From a virus (lineage: Duplodnaviria; Caudoviricetes): a stretch of 33,007 nucleotides of DNA. The notes below the pieces were generated by a model. That model did no database searches, was not told the DNA's origin, and saw nothing but the letters and a program-made list of their open reading frames with translations. Positions 9,216-22,400 of the stretch are shown piece after piece. The translations under genes and the position numbers were made by a program. Position 1 is the stretch's first letter. Each line of letters opens with the position of its first letter. The DNA lies in the IMG/VR virus record IMGVR_UViG_3300027586_000025, positions 1 through 33,007 of that record. The stretch is one strand, 5' to 3'.

Positions 9216-10164
9216 CTTTATTCTCCGGGAAACGCAGGTCTTGAATTTCTTGATGGTTAGGCAGAGTGCCGCCAGTGTTAATTATTAGCAATTCGTCGTT
9301 TCTTAACTCGGTAGCGTTCTTATCAAAGGGTAACACTTTTACGGTCTCGGAATCAATTGTTGTCCCCACTTTGAACGGAATAGAGCTCAACATAGCCCCA
9401 ATGTTTTCCATGATAGATGACTGTGCTTTAGCCGCATTTTCGGTTGTACGCTCGATTTCGACATACTTCACAAACGCCTCAATGATGGCCATTTGCGTGT
9501 GGCTGTTCGTCTGGACGGTGAGGGCAGCGACAGCCGCCTTGTATTTCATGGTGTTTACAGCAAAATCTTGAAAAAAGCCAGACACGTTTTCGGCACCTTC
9601 TGGGCGAGGTGTTTTTGTAAATTTACTAATTACCGCGTTTAAAACATGTGGCCCGCCGTGATAACCCAGTAGTTTCCACAGTAAGTCGTGCTGCCGCTCC
9701 TGAAGCCCACGCATAACCGCAGCTGTTAAGACGACTGCCGAGACATAGTCGGTGTGCGCCATTTTGTCGCGAACGTCGAAAAAGAGACCCTCAAAAGCCT
9801 CGATAACTTCCGGCACTGTGCCTAATTTATCGGCTATTTCTTCGTCTGTTTCGCCGGCAAGTATGCGCGCCTCAATACTCCAGCGCGTTGCGGCCCTGTC
9901 GTCTGCCCAGATCGAGTGCGCCCAGAATACATTGCTGTCGCGCTCTAGTAGGCCGTAGACAGCTCCTGGCATATTGCCGCTGCGCTCAGTGCGCCGCTTG
10001 TGCCTCAAAGCCCTGCGAATCCACTCATAGCCTTTTGCGCCATCACGCTGCCGAGCTGCTTGAGGCCCGCCAGCGTCAATTTGCACAGCGCGTAACCACC
10101 GCCAGTGCGGCACTCGGTTGGGATTGCTGCGGACGGCTTCTGCGCCAACTGCGATTGCGGTCAT
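9202..10164 (-). CDS. Hypothetical protein with HTH-like segment
   Basis: 320 aa; EARILAGETDEEIADKLGTVPEVIEAFE resembles a helix-turn-helix; no Cys. Confidence 0.7.
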   Translation of the reverse strand: MTAIAVGAEAVRSNPNRVPHWRWLRAVQIDAGGPQAARQRDGAKGYEWIRRALRHKRRTERSGNMPGAVYGLLERDSNVFWAHSIWADDRAATRWSIEARILAGETDEEIADKLGTVPEVIEAFEGLFFDVRDKMAHTDYVSAVVLTAAVMRGLQERQHDLLWKLLGYHGGPHVLNAVISKFTKTPRPEGAENVSGFFQDFAVNTMKYKAAVAALTVQTNSHTQMAIIEAFVKYVEIERTTENAAKAQSSIMENIGAMLSSIPFKVGTTIDSETVKVLPFDKNATELRNDELLIINTGGTLPNHQEIQDLRFPENKDAPT

Positions 10165-10210
10165 AGATAACTTAATGCGGCTAGGGTCTTAACTTGGATA
10201 TCCCGGCATG

Positions 10211-13289
<3,079 letters not shown>

Positions 13290-13399
13290 TAATATAAAGT
13301 TTACCGACTACGCCCTTTGCAGTAAAGGGGGACTAATCTTTTCATATAAGTTACATCTGGATAAGCAATTATTGAATAGTTTTGCTCTGTGGTTAACCG

Positions 13400-13780
13400 T
13401 TACCGAAGCATCGGCGTTTCCACGGTCACCGACAGGACAAAGTTTTTGCTGCCAGAACCGGCCGGTGTAATGTGCAAATACAAGAATCTCTGGGCCACTG
13501 ACGGCGAGCCGTCGCGATTCATGTACGCCACGTTCACATTCGTGTCCTCTGCATCGGCCAGACTGAGCACATGAAAAGCCGCGGCAGGAAGCGAAGCGTT
13601 GGGCTCTGTAGCCCGGCTGCTTGAATACAGATCGGCCGTGAAGCCGACGGCGGCGCCAGTCAGCTGCACAAGTGAATAGCCGCGCAGAATGCCGCGATGG
13701 GGCATCGGGACCGGCACAACTGTTTCTGCGGCGCTTGGTGCTGTAAACGCTTTGCTACCAGACCAAATCGTACTTGCCAT
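13400..13780 (-). CDS. Hypothetical beta-rich protein
   Basis: 126 aa, AGGTGA RBS, co-oriented and tightly packed. Confidence 0.7.
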   Translation of the reverse strand: MASTIWSGSKAFTAPSAAETVVPVPMPHRGILRGYSLVQLTGAAVGFTADLYSSSRATEPNASLPAAAFHVLSLADAEDTNVNVAYMNRDGSPSVAQRFLYLHITPAGSGSKNFVLSVTVETPMLR

Positions 13781-13790
13781 GAATCACCTA

Positions 13791-14195
13791 TTAAGAATTT
13801 TCGACTGGGAGGGAAACAGCGGCCGCGGCTTTCGCGCGCACAAGCGGCAACAGGCTTTCGATAGCGCCCGATACAACGTGCAGAAAAATAGCGCGCACAG
13901 CAGCCCGGGAGAGCAGCCAGAATGGGTATGCAAGCGTCGGCACGCAGCTGTCGGCAAAGGCATCAAATAAAGCTGCTGCGGCATCAACGGCCCAGACTTT
14001 CTTTTCTTCGCCGGTCACCGGCAAAACATCGATAGTCGTCATCACGACTTGCAGCAGGGCTACAGTCAGCTCGCCAAACTCGGACAGCGTAAGCCCGTTC
14101 CGGGCGCGGTCTTTTGCGACGGCAATAAAAGTAGCTATTTTTTCGGCAAACGCTGCGGGGGCTTGCGCAGCCTGGACGGGGGCTAATGATATCAT
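13791..14195 (-). CDS. Hypothetical hydrophobic helical (possibly membrane-associated) protein
   Basis: Start moved to ATG 14195 to avoid overlap; about 134 aa with amphipathic/hydrophobic helices. Confidence 0.65.
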   Translation of the reverse strand: MISLAPVQAAQAPAAFAEKIATFIAVAKDRARNGLTLSEFGELTVALLQVVMTTIDVLPVTGEEKKVWAVDAAAALFDAFADSCVPTLAYPFWLLSRAAVRAIFLHVVSGAIESLLPLVRAKAAAAVSLPVENS

Positions 14196-14208
14196 TGGTT
14201 TTGCTTTC

Positions 14209-16590
14209 TTATGAGTTACCAGCAGAAGCACCGAGGTCAATTTCTTGGGCTGCGTCTTCGGGATGCGCTTCGATCGTTTTCTGCTTGAGAAACAAGATTA
14301 CGTCGCCGAGCATTTCAAAAGCGTTCCGCAGCGAGTCTTCTAGTTCGGGCATATCAGACTTGCCGTACCGGTCAGCGAACTTATCGCCGTGCCAGTAGAA
14401 CATGAATAAAATACGGCCGAGCTTGTCGAGGCCTTTGGTGAGATCGCCCATGTAGCGGTCAACAAGGCTGTCGTCGCGCACAGCCCGCAGCATAGACCCG
14501 ATCATGGCCGTATCGAACACTTCTTTTTGGCCAGACTGCGCAGCGTCGACAACCGTGCGAACATCTTTTTTGTCAAACATAGGATTCGGGTTGTAGACGC
14601 TGCGATCAGTGTTACTAGCGCTCATGCCAGATACAGGAAGGCCGACGTCGACGCCCATTTGCGTGGGGACGCTGGCGCCCATAATAGTCTCGCCGCCCAT
14701 GACAGGCCCTGGGTCGGCCGGGGCTGTTGCGCCCTGGTTGACCATCATTGGCGCGCCGTATGGGTCGGCATATTTCACTCGGCAGGCGAACTTTCGGTAC
14801 GTGGCTGCTTTGGACAAGATATCTCGAGCAGCGTCTTCGCGTAGGCCGTGGGTTTGAACAAGCGAGATCAAGCCGCCGATCGCCGATGTCTTCTCGCCGT
14901 TTACCGTGACCTCTGTGCCGTTATGGTACACCGTGAGCATGGCTGTCTTTTGCATGATAGCCAGCTGTGCGTCGGCCAGATTGCCGGGCATGAGAGCCGG
15001 GGTATCGCTTTCGCCACACCCGCATGCGCCTTGGCCATCTGCGTCAGCTACATCGTCTTCGCCCTTGCTAACCTTGAGCAGCTTATAGCCTTCTGGCACA
15101 AAGATATCGCCCATGCTGATGCGGAGCTTGGAGCCTTTTTTGGCGTTCAAATGGACGCGCACGCCATCTCGGTACTTGTCGTAATTCAGTGGGTCTGTGT
15201 AAGCGCAGCCCATGATGCTGCCGCGGGGCATGTGATTGGAGTGATCTTCAAGATGAACTTCGTATGAAGTGGTTCCTTGTTCACCTTCACCGTCACCATA
15301 CTCGCGCAAAACACGCACAGGCACAGTTGCGTCGCCGTTTTTGCCAATGAGCATGTGCCGGGCCAAGCCGCTGGGCAATGTGTTGGCGTCCGGGAGCTTG
15401 TCAAACCACTCGTCAAACTCTTCGCGCTCAATCTGGACTAATGCGAATACCTGGTCTGCGCGAACGCTAACCCAATCCGGCGTGCCTTCTGTGCGCACGA
15501 CGGTTACAAAGTTAGTCCGTTTCGTAGCGCCTTGGGGAAACACGGCGACATAACAGCGCTCAATGTTGCCCGGCTTTACAAGAATGTCGTAGAGCCCGCT
15601 TTGGGACGGCGTAAACAACTTCTTTTCGACTTGTACGTTATACGGGACAGAAACGTTGTCGCGGTCCCGGTCGTCTTTGATCAGCACGCCGTCGCGCAAC
15701 AGCTTTTCTTGGTCTTCTTCGGTATACGTGTGCGGCAACTTTGTCTGAATAGTCACTTCGGGAGACAGGATCTTGAGCCCCGACATAGCCTCTGGGACTT
15801 TAGGCGCGTCAGACAAAATGCTGGCCACTTTGACGCTGGTTTCGCGCGCAGTTGCTAGGGCCACAGCTTCTTTAATGATATCTAATCCGTGAAACTCATC
15901 GATGGCTGCTGCGATCTGTGGCGCGTACTGGCAGGTCTTTACAAGCATCTGCAGCGTGACGAGCCGAGCTTCTTTCAGAAACTTCTTAAGATCAAGGGCC
16001 CGACCCATTTCGCTAAAGGCGTTTGCGGTGTTAAGCGTCGCTGTTTTAGCCAGTGCCGGCATCACAGCCGTCATCATTTCTTTGAGCGTGGGCTTCGCTG
16101 ACCCGAACTTCGACGGCGAGCGCGAAAGCTGCGTAAAGTCCGGCTGGCTCTGGCCAAGCTGTGTAAGGTTCTTGTCGACGCCGCTCCCCAGAATGTTGGG
16201 CTTACGGTTAATCAGGTAGTTAATCCAGTTTTCCTTGAGCGGCACGAACATATCTTGATTCTTGATGTACAAGAGCTCGTGGCCCTTGAGATCGCCGTTT
16301 AAAAAGAAAACGGGCGCGTACAGCCAGTTTGCGCCGACTTTAAACGCAAACACGCCGACAGCCTTGGTGTTCTCTCGGTTGCGATCAAGCAGCTGGAACC
16401 CGATTTCGTGGTCGAGCAGCTTGGGGGCCGAGTCACGGAGATAAGCATGCGCCAAATTGCTGAAAGACTGCTCAAACGACGTGTCGTCGCCTCGGCCGCC
16501 TAAATCAGCTTGCTTGGTCTGGCTGCGGTCGTGAGAGCGCATGACCGTTAACCAATGCTTCAGTGGCGTTTCTTTGCTTTTGTTATACAC
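14209..16590 (-). CDS. Large hypothetical protein (candidate inner-head/core protein)
   Basis: About 793 aa; GTG at 16590 follows a GGAGGTGA RBS; multiple KxA motifs (KQAD, KTAT, KVAS, KTAM, KYAD). Confidence 0.8.
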   Translation of the reverse strand: MYNKSKETPLKHWLTVMRSHDRSQTKQADLGGRGDDTSFEQSFSNLAHAYLRDSAPKLLDHEIGFQLLDRNRENTKAVGVFAFKVGANWLYAPVFFLNGDLKGHELLYIKNQDMFVPLKENWINYLINRKPNILGSGVDKNLTQLGQSQPDFTQLSRSPSKFGSAKPTLKEMMTAVMPALAKTATLNTANAFSEMGRALDLKKFLKEARLVTLQMLVKTCQYAPQIAAAIDEFHGLDIIKEAVALATARETSVKVASILSDAPKVPEAMSGLKILSPEVTIQTKLPHTYTEEDQEKLLRDGVLIKDDRDRDNVSVPYNVQVEKKLFTPSQSGLYDILVKPGNIERCYVAVFPQGATKRTNFVTVVRTEGTPDWVSVRADQVFALVQIEREEFDEWFDKLPDANTLPSGLARHMLIGKNGDATVPVRVLREYGDGEGEQGTTSYEVHLEDHSNHMPRGSIMGCAYTDPLNYDKYRDGVRVHLNAKKGSKLRISMGDIFVPEGYKLLKVSKGEDDVADADGQGACGCGESDTPALMPGNLADAQLAIMQKTAMLTVYHNGTEVTVNGEKTSAIGGLISLVQTHGLREDAARDILSKAATYRKFACRVKYADPYGAPMMVNQGATAPADPGPVMGGETIMGASVPTQMGVDVGLPVSGMSASNTDRSVYNPNPMFDKKDVRTVVDAAQSGQKEVFDTAMIGSMLRAVRDDSLVDRYMGDLTKGLDKLGRILFMFYWHGDKFADRYGKSDMPELEDSLRNAFEMLGDVILFLKQKTIEAHPEDAAQEIDLGASAGNS

Positions 16591-16608
16591 AATCACCTCC
16601 ATGCGACC
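16591..16608 (-). promoter_or_regulatory. RBS hairpin with ANGGAG hexaloop before the ~793-aa gene
   Basis: Minus strand GGTCGC-ATGGAG-GTGATT (6 pairs, three of them G-U), directly followed by the GTG start. Confidence 0.5.
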
Positions 16609-16673
16609 TGCGGAGCTGCTACACTTCTTAATAATTTACAGTGTCTAAGCCCCTCTATCCTACCGAAATACGG

Positions 16674-18548
16674 TTAAGGCTTCCACCCGCTTACTGTGCC
16701 GGCGACGCCAAACGTTTCACCGCGGGCTAGGGATGGTACATAACTACTACTGTTTGTGTCGCTGGTGGCGCCGCGGTGCACGCTGTCCATAAGGCCTTTT
16801 TCTTGATATGAGCCGAGCATTCGTGTCATCCAGTCGGGGTCGTTAGAAATGTTAGCCATTCCGCGAACCATTTCTGGCTTAAACGGCGGCGGCTCTTTAT
16901 GGGCTTGGATTGCGTTAATACCGTACTGCTTTAAATTTGTAGTCACATTTTTACCAATCTTTGTGCCGATTGAGTAGTGCAATACTGGTTGCTCTAAATA
17001 ATGCCCGGCTAGGCTGCCTGGCGCGCCCAAGACGCTGCCGTCTCGCGGGGCCCAGTTTCGCTCAAGCATCGAATACGGTACAACGTCGTCCGGGGAGTAG
17101 TCGCCGTGCTCGTCAGTGAGCCGGACATGATTAATAAGCCCGCGCGAAAGCAGCTCAACGTTGCGTCTGTGCACAGGGATATTGCTGTTCTTCATAACTT
17201 GGCGCATAGCTGTTACAAAGTAACGCCGGCCTTCGCCGATGCCTTTGTGCTGCACGATTTCTGCTGGACTCGGCATGCCGTCTGACATAACGTCGCCGGC
17301 TTCTAGCTCGTCGCCTTTTTTAACGCTGACGCTTCGCCCGGTCGGCACATAGTGGTCCTGCCCGTTTACTTGGACGTAAAAACCGCCCTGAGCTGCCGGC
17401 CGGATTTCTTGCACGCGGCCGTCTGTCTGTGAATGCGTCGCGCCGTCTGGATATTTCTTAGGCACTTGTACAAGCGCATTTAAAGCTTTAAAGCCAGCGA
17501 TGCCGCCAGCGCCGCCGACGCCGCCGGAGTGCTTGCTGGATATCTGCGCCTGTGTGGTCGGCTCAGAGAGCGCCTGGGCCGCGGCGATACCGACATAGTC
17601 ACCAATGGGCGGCACGCGGCCTTTTTCTCGGTAACCGACGTCATTGGCATACACGCCGCCGTCTTCTGGGCCGCCGACGATCGGGCTGCGCACTAAGATA
17701 TCTTTGACGCCCATGCCTTTGATGTCTTGCAGGATCTTTGGCGTCAGTACGGTATTGCGCTTATACGGCCCAACAGCGCGCGATAACATAGCGCCCTCGT
17801 TGTCTACGTCGTCTACATCGGTCGGGAAGCCGCGCTCGTGGGCAGTTGCGTTGCGTTCCGTGTCAGCCTCGTCGACGTCTGTGACCAGCAGCCTGTGCGC
17901 CATTTGCGTAAGCTGCTTGCCGTAATATCCAGCGTCCGCAGTAGCTGACTTTAAGTCAATAACGCCTTTTCTCGTGCCAAAAGCGCCGGCAAAGTATTCA
18001 ACTGGCGTCAGCCCCTGCGAGTACCCGTGCGTGACTGGAATTGGAATCGGCTCGCTGCGGTGGTCGAGATACTGCATGTCTGCGCCAAGTAACGAGTTCA
18101 GCTGAAACTTGTTACCGACACCGCTGCCTGTAACCTGGTGCGCAAGCGGGTTTCCCGATCCCACCGCTTCGGCATACACGTCGTTTACAAGCTGCGTCTG
18201 GGCTGACGACTGTAACTGCAGGATCTTTAAATTACGCTGTTTATCGTCAAGCGCTCTATCGGCCAAGATGCGTTGCAACTGCTGCCGGACGTGTAACTGC
18301 GTTTGTTTGGCGGCTAAACTAGGCTTAATATCGTTTAGTCCGACTGATAGCCCGTTGGTGGTGTACGCCGCGTCAAGCGCGACATCGTGCAGGCGCTTCA
18401 TCGTATCGCGATAGTTGTCGGGGTGCTGCTTGGCTAATTGTGTGGCCAACGCGCCCATTGTCTTTTTGTCTAATACGCGGTTGTAGTCCCGCATATCGGC
18501 CGGAAGCGCCTCGTTTATCAGCACCTGCCCCATCGTTGTTTTTAACAT
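16674..18548 (-). CDS. rpoC: DNA-directed RNA polymerase beta' subunit, C-terminal part (bridge helix, trigger loop)
   Basis: KTTMGQVLIN; GLSVGLNDI; YSQGLTPVEYFAGAFGTRKGVIDLKSATADAGYYGKQL (bridge helix); VGIAAAQALSEPTTQAQISSKHSGG (trigger loop); HRRNVELLSR. Start ATG 18548 with GGAG. Confidence 0.93.
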   Translation of the reverse strand: MLKTTMGQVLINEALPADMRDYNRVLDKKTMGALATQLAKQHPDNYRDTMKRLHDVALDAAYTTNGLSVGLNDIKPSLAAKQTQLHVRQQLQRILADRALDDKQRNLKILQLQSSAQTQLVNDVYAEAVGSGNPLAHQVTGSGVGNKFQLNSLLGADMQYLDHRSEPIPIPVTHGYSQGLTPVEYFAGAFGTRKGVIDLKSATADAGYYGKQLTQMAHRLLVTDVDEADTERNATAHERGFPTDVDDVDNEGAMLSRAVGPYKRNTVLTPKILQDIKGMGVKDILVRSPIVGGPEDGGVYANDVGYREKGRVPPIGDYVGIAAAQALSEPTTQAQISSKHSGGVGGAGGIAGFKALNALVQVPKKYPDGATHSQTDGRVQEIRPAAQGGFYVQVNGQDHYVPTGRSVSVKKGDELEAGDVMSDGMPSPAEIVQHKGIGEGRRYFVTAMRQVMKNSNIPVHRRNVELLSRGLINHVRLTDEHGDYSPDDVVPYSMLERNWAPRDGSVLGAPGSLAGHYLEQPVLHYSIGTKIGKNVTTNLKQYGINAIQAHKEPPPFKPEMVRGMANISNDPDWMTRMLGSYQEKGLMDSVHRGATSDTNSSSYVPSLARGETFGVAGTVSGWKP

Positions 18549-18573
18549 AAGGCGGCTCCGACTGACGCGCATA

Positions 18574-18783
18574 TTAATTGTCTAAAACAGTCACCACAGG
18601 GGCAGTGTCGCAGCTAATTAATTTTAAAAGTCCGGGGAAGTCTTTTTGAGTTACGTCAGAATAAACAATGCCATCAGACATGTGCATGGCCACAAAAATA
18701 GGGTTGCCCATGTCGTCGTGTAGAACGAGGCTGTCGGCAGAGTGCTCTGCCGGCTGCATGTTGAACAACGTCTTAACGAGCAT
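18574..18783 (-). CDS. Small hypothetical protein between the split RNAP genes
   Basis: About 69 aa from ATG 18783; overlaps the upstream stop and fills the gap exactly. Confidence 0.6.
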   Translation of the reverse strand: MLVKTLFNMQPAEHSADSLVLHDDMGNPIFVAMHMSDGIVYSDVTQKDFPGLLKLISCDTAPVVTVLDN

Positions 18784-19384
18784 TGTCGGTGAAACTCCGA
18801 CAAAGGGCGGCGACTGCACTGGCTTTCACGTATAACGCGTTTGCGGCTTTGCCGGCAGACGGATCAGGCGGAGCGCTTGGAGCGGGCGGCGCAGACGGGC
18901 CAGCCGGAGCAGCCGGGCTAGGCGGAGCGGGTGGAAGTGGCGGGGCCATTGGGCCGCCCTGCATTGCCGACTCAGCCGGCGGGGCTGTTGCCGAGCCTGG
19001 TGGCAGAACAAGCGCCTCTGGCGGCAATTGAATGCCCATGGCGTTCATGATCGCCGTAAGCTGTTGCTGCATATTGTACTGCCGGTAATCGTTCATAAGC
19101 ATGAACTGCTCGGGCTTCATCTTGGCTGGCCCTGCGGCACCTGGCGCGGCTGGCGGCGCAGCTGGCATCGGGGCTGCGGCCATCATGGCTGGGTCCATTG
19201 GCGGTGCTGCGCCCATCATAGAGGGGTCCATTGGCGGGGCAGCACCCATCGTGGCTGGGTCTACTGGTGGCACAGCGCCCATCATGGCAGGGTCCATCAT
19301 GGCTGGGTCCATGGCTGGATCTACGGCCGACTTCTCAAACAAGTTATTGGCCAGCGACAGTAGTTCTGGGTTCACTGTGTACAT
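18773..19384 (-). CDS. Pro/Met/Ala-rich low-complexity protein between the split RNAP genes
   Basis: 203 aa, GGAGG RBS, EKSA motif followed by DP(A/S)(M/T)MGA(A/V)PP(M/V) repeats. Confidence 0.8.
   Translation of the reverse strand: MYTVNPELLSLANNLFEKSAVDPAMDPAMMDPAMMGAVPPVDPATMGAAPPMDPSMMGAAPPMDPAMMAAAPMPAAPPAAPGAAGPAKMKPEQFMLMNDYRQYNMQQQLTAIMNAMGIQLPPEALVLPPGSATAPPAESAMQGGPMAPPLPPAPPSPAAPAGPSAPPAPSAPPDPSAGKAANALYVKASAVAALCRSFTDNAR
19178..19325. repeat. Imperfect 33-nt coding tandem repeat (DPAMMGAAPPM)
   Basis: Recurrent catcatggctgggtccat / gggtccattggcgg units. Confidence 0.8.
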
Positions 19385-19400
19385 AAAACCTCCATGTTTT
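19385..19400 (-). promoter_or_regulatory. RBS hairpin with ANGGAG hexaloop before the Pro/Met-rich gene
   Basis: Minus strand AAAAC-ATGGAG-GTTTT immediately followed by ATG. Confidence 0.6.
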
Positions 19401-19402
19401 GA

Positions 19403-22400
19403 TTACTTATCTTCCACAATATGCACAGGCGTGTCTACGCCTATTTCGCCGCGGCGGTACGCGGCCAACGCCGCTTGTTTATTCTGGTACACGCTAGGCT
19501 TTGTTTTGGTGTTAGTTCTGCTCGACGCGACGTAAAGCCCAGTTTGATAGTCTCTGTTGGGGACGTAATGCGCTTTAAACGACGCAGCAGAGAATAAATT
19601 CTTACTAGGAAGCATTTTAGCCACAGCTTCTTGAGCGGCGGCTTCGGTGCTAGGCACATGATAAGCCATCGCATCTCCGTCAAAATCAGCGCCAAACCCC
19701 TTTACTATTAAGGGGTTTATTTCCATGACTTTGTTCTTTGTCAGGCGCGGATAAAACGCCATCATGCCATATCTGTGTAAAACCGGCGCTCTGTTAATAA
19801 TAATTGGCCGCGAGCCCATCTGCGTGTTTAACTCGGCAAACGCAGCTTTGTCTTTCTTTTCAACAGCTTGGAGCGCCTGCATCCGAGGCATCCCACGGCG
19901 TACCAGCCCGCGCACCACAAACGGCTTGTAAATATCCCACGCTTTTTCTTCTGGCAGCGCAACTTGGTCCATGTCGAGATCTGGGTTGGGCGTGATGACA
20001 GCCCGGCCAACAAGATCGACAGTACTACTTAAAAGTTTGCGCTGCACGGTGCCGTACTTAGGCGAGCTGCCGAAGACTTTTGCTAAAAAACCCTTCACGT
20101 TCCGTTCGACGTTTTTGGGCTGCAGCGGTTCGCCAAGGCCGTGAACGGCTTTCATGGAGTCATATAAGTTAAGCCGTTCGTTGCCGACGTCTTCGAGAAC
20201 TCCGGCGCTTTCTTTGAGTACTGAGTTTGAGTCGAGCAGTTCTTTGTAAAGATAGTTAGCGTCATCTACGAGCGGCAGCTTCTTGGCGCCCATCGTTGAA
20301 ACCGGGCGAAACATCGGCGGGAGTACAGGTACTTTAGTGAGCATCCAGCTTTGTGGGTGAATCCCTGTCTTCTCGGCGGCTTTGAGATAGCCGAGTTTGC
20401 GCACAGCGGCGTCTCTGACAGTCTTGCGGCCCGACTTGATATCTTCTCGAGTCTGCTCAAGAGAGTGCGCGACATTAATTTTAGCCAAGGCGCCGCGAAT
20501 AGCTTCTGGGCCAGTCTTGTCAAATAACTGCTCTTGGCCAGACAACACGCCACGAAACTGCTTCTCTGTTAAGCCCAGTATGCGTCGAATCGGGTCTTCC
20601 ATCACGGGATTGGGCATCGGTTCGTGGAGCGTGATCTTGGACCAACGTGTACCGCCATGCCCGCCCGTAAGCGTCTCGTCAAAGAGGCCGCCTGCTTTTG
20701 GCTTCAGGCCGCTTTTCCAATCAACTGTTTCGCTGTTCTGAATCTCTCGGGCGCCAGCAAGACCGTCTACGTCCTTGTCTGTCATGGCCATAATGTGCGT
20801 CTTGGTGCCTTCACGTACAGTGTTAATGCCAGCTGCTTTGAGCTGGTTGATAAACTTTTCGTACACGTGCGGGATCTTCGGCAAGGGCGGCGCATATCCG
20901 GCCATGAATTGCGCCCAGTACTCAGGATTGGCTTGCCCGCGCACCATTTTGGCATCTCGAATAACGCTGCCGGCCCCGTGAGATAACAAAGCGCCCAGGT
21001 CTAACATGCCGACACGCTTCGCGCCTTCGCTGCCGCCCTTAGCTGGTGTGCCTTCTGCTGTATAGCCGCCTGTGGATCGCCCTTGGCCTTTTGACTCGCT
21101 GGTGTGGTGCAGCTTCATAAAGAATCTGCTCCCTGTAAGCACGCCGGGTATTTTGCGGCCTGTCTCTGGATCAACGACGTGCTCTGTATCTGTCAGCCCG
21201 TTTTTCTCCAGTTCTTTCTGCGCAAACTCAATTAAGTCTGTGGCGTTATCAAAGTCTTGGATTTTATAAGACTTCCCGGTTTTTGCGGCTATTTTGCCCA
21301 GAACAGCTTCGATGATCTGGGCTGGGTTTCCGCGGCTAATAAGACCCAACGGACTGACGAGCGACTCAAATGGCAGACCGTCTTTGTCGTGCGGCATCTG
21401 ATCGTCTGGCACCACTTCGGCAATAACGCCTTTGTCGCCGAATCTGCCAGTGAGTTTATCCCCGACTTCCATCTGCGCTTGGTTCTTCACGACAACGCTT
21501 ACGCCCTTATCTGTGTGCTCTACGTCCGTCACAATCCCGGGCGAATGATGGTCCCACGTAATAGTCTCATTGGCAAAGTTTCCTGCGCGGCCTCTGTGTA
21601 CCTTGCCGTATACCGTGTCGCGCTTTTTGGCGATGAGCACAAGAGGGTCACCGTAATTAACAGTCATGCCCTTTTTAACCGCGCCCTTGTCATCAAAGTT
21701 ATCGAGTATTTTTTTGTCATACTCGCCGGGAAACAAGCCGCGAAACGCATTCTTACCAACGTGTGTGTTGTCATCCCATTCGGCTTCGTGCTGATACATG
21801 TGCTCGCTGGTAAGACGCTTTGCGGCAGACTCGGAGATCACGATAGCGTCTTCATAGTTCTTACCTCGAAACGGCAGATAAGCTGTGCGCAAGTTCATAC
21901 CAAGGGCTGCTGCGCCGTCTTTATTTGTAAAGTTCGACGTAGCAATAAGCTGGCCGGGCTTTACAACATCGCCGGGCTGCACCGTTGGCTTCTGCGTCCA
22001 AAACGTTTTTCTATTAAACGGCATGTCGTTATACAAGTCGATCGTGTGCTTTACGCCGTCTTTATCTCGCACGACCATACTGTCAGCTGTGATTGAGTCT
22101 ACGCGCCCATGAACAGCAGCTTTTATTGCGCCCAGTGTTTCGCCCATGTCATCTTCATATGAACGTGTCGGGTCATCTGCGCGGCCTGACTGCACGTGTG
22201 GCGCCTCAGCGTTTACGAGCGGCAGAGCTTGCGTAAACATTCTTGAGCCCATGATCACGCGGTGGCCTTTGACCATTGTTTTCATTGGCACCATGTTCGT
22301 GAGCCCAGAGAACGTGTTATCCATGTTAGGTAACCCGTACTGAGCTTCTGCGCGCGGGATGTATTTCATCTTGCCGCCAACCAGAGCAGACACCATGGGC

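Noticed and set aside
18574-19402. Intron, intein or frameshift explaining the beta' split
   Set aside because: Both halves have clean stop, start and RBS signals, and the gap holds two plausible genes with no homing-endonuclease or intein motifs.
21257-22096. 279-aa plus-strand ORF and similar ORFs antisense to RNAP and head genes
   Set aside because: They lie fully opposite well-supported genes and have no recognisable motifs.
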